DNA of 64,000 nt, from NCBI GenBank assembly GCA_041666045.1, contig JBAYHR010000004.1, positions 4,996 to 68,995 of the forward strand, in the 5' to 3' direction. A program made the position numbers and the translations under genes. Below the pieces are notes generated by a model. It saw only the letters and a list, made by a program, of their open reading frames with translations, ran no database searches and was not told where the DNA came from. Position 1 is the first letter of the stretch. Each line of letters begins with the position of its first letter. Source of the DNA: Minisyncoccota bacterium. GTDB lineage: Bacteria > Patescibacteriota > Minisyncoccia > Phycocordibacterales > UBA9973. Positions 63,976-64,000 of the stretch are shown one piece after another.

Positions 63976-64000
63976 ATACTTGCCACCAAAGACACCGAGC

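Noticed and set aside
1-64000. Possible UGA stop-codon reassignment (no TGA stops among ~30 genes checked)
   Set aside because: The RT gene and prfB both terminate with TGA. Long conserved proteins (PyrG, CopA, PilB, GatA) contain no in-frame TGA. RF2 is present. Rarity of TGA is explained by the ~30% GC content.
1-64000. CRISPR arrays, rRNA genes, autonomous transposase genes
   Set aside because: No regularly spaced direct-repeat arrays, no rRNA-like conserved blocks and no transposase-like ORFs were seen. The repeat families found are short non-autonomous elements.

Overview
This is a very AT-rich (~30% GC), gene-dense bacterial window with short intergenic regions, many small hypothetical proteins and tRNAs mostly lacking an encoded CCA. 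That pattern fits a reduced-genome, Candidate Phyla Radiation / Patescibacteria-like organism, but the lineage call is inference only. Housekeeping genes include secG, RNase J, pyrG, ftsEX, prfB, gatCA, htpX, lemA, secDF, folD, ftsW/rodA, sodA, cspA and sppA. There is a type IV pilus module (pilB, pilC, one major and four minor prepilins). A copper/thiol-redox cluster runs csoR-copA-(HMA-CcdA-like)-thioredoxin-like-dsbB and carries perfect CsoR-type operator palindromes. A candidate cobalamin riboswitch sits upstream of a DUF4430 gene and an SHC-like-repeat gene. Six tRNA genes are present: Gln, Thr(CGT), Thr(GGT), Asp and two with anticodon CAT.

The most interesting content falls into four groups.

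1. A complete diversity-generating retroelement (DGR). It has an RT with the LGxxxSQ motif, an Avd on the opposite strand, and TR/VR repeats of ~133 bp that differ at ~17 positions, all at TR adenines. The VR lies at the C-terminus of a 617-aa target protein. The whole cassette is inserted between prfB and ftsE and is bracketed by a perfect 29-bp direct repeat derived from the prfB 3' end, so the RT and RF2 share their last 8 codons and stop. A C11 homopolymer sits in the 31-bp divergent RT/avd intergenic region.

2. A family of ~117-bp MITE-like palindromic elements. The terminal inverted repeat is CCCGTTAGAAAY and the 5-6 bp target duplication is ATGRAT-like. Three copies sit exactly at start codons around gatCA and folD. 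A 48-bp GC-rich mini-version is inserted in frame in copA. A second GC-rich palindromic element and a FolD insertion also lie in frame in conserved genes, which resembles the palindromic elements of Rickettsia.

3. Two putative integrated-island remnants next to tRNAs. The first is a ~5-kb segment flanked by 29-bp direct repeats; it contains a truncated tyrosine-integrase fragment, a partial tRNA-Thr duplication and a 1177-aa SF1-helicase/DUF559-nuclease protein. The second is a 3.3-kb segment flanked by an 18-bp repeat of the tRNA-Gln 3' end, with no integrase.

4. Several smaller oddities. These include a tandem 96-bp pseudo-tRNA-Asp duplication, an unannotated 42-aa Cys-rich ORF, a PUA/SRA-like-HNH nuclease, a membrane-anchored HEPN protein and a ~50% GC segment at the window end.
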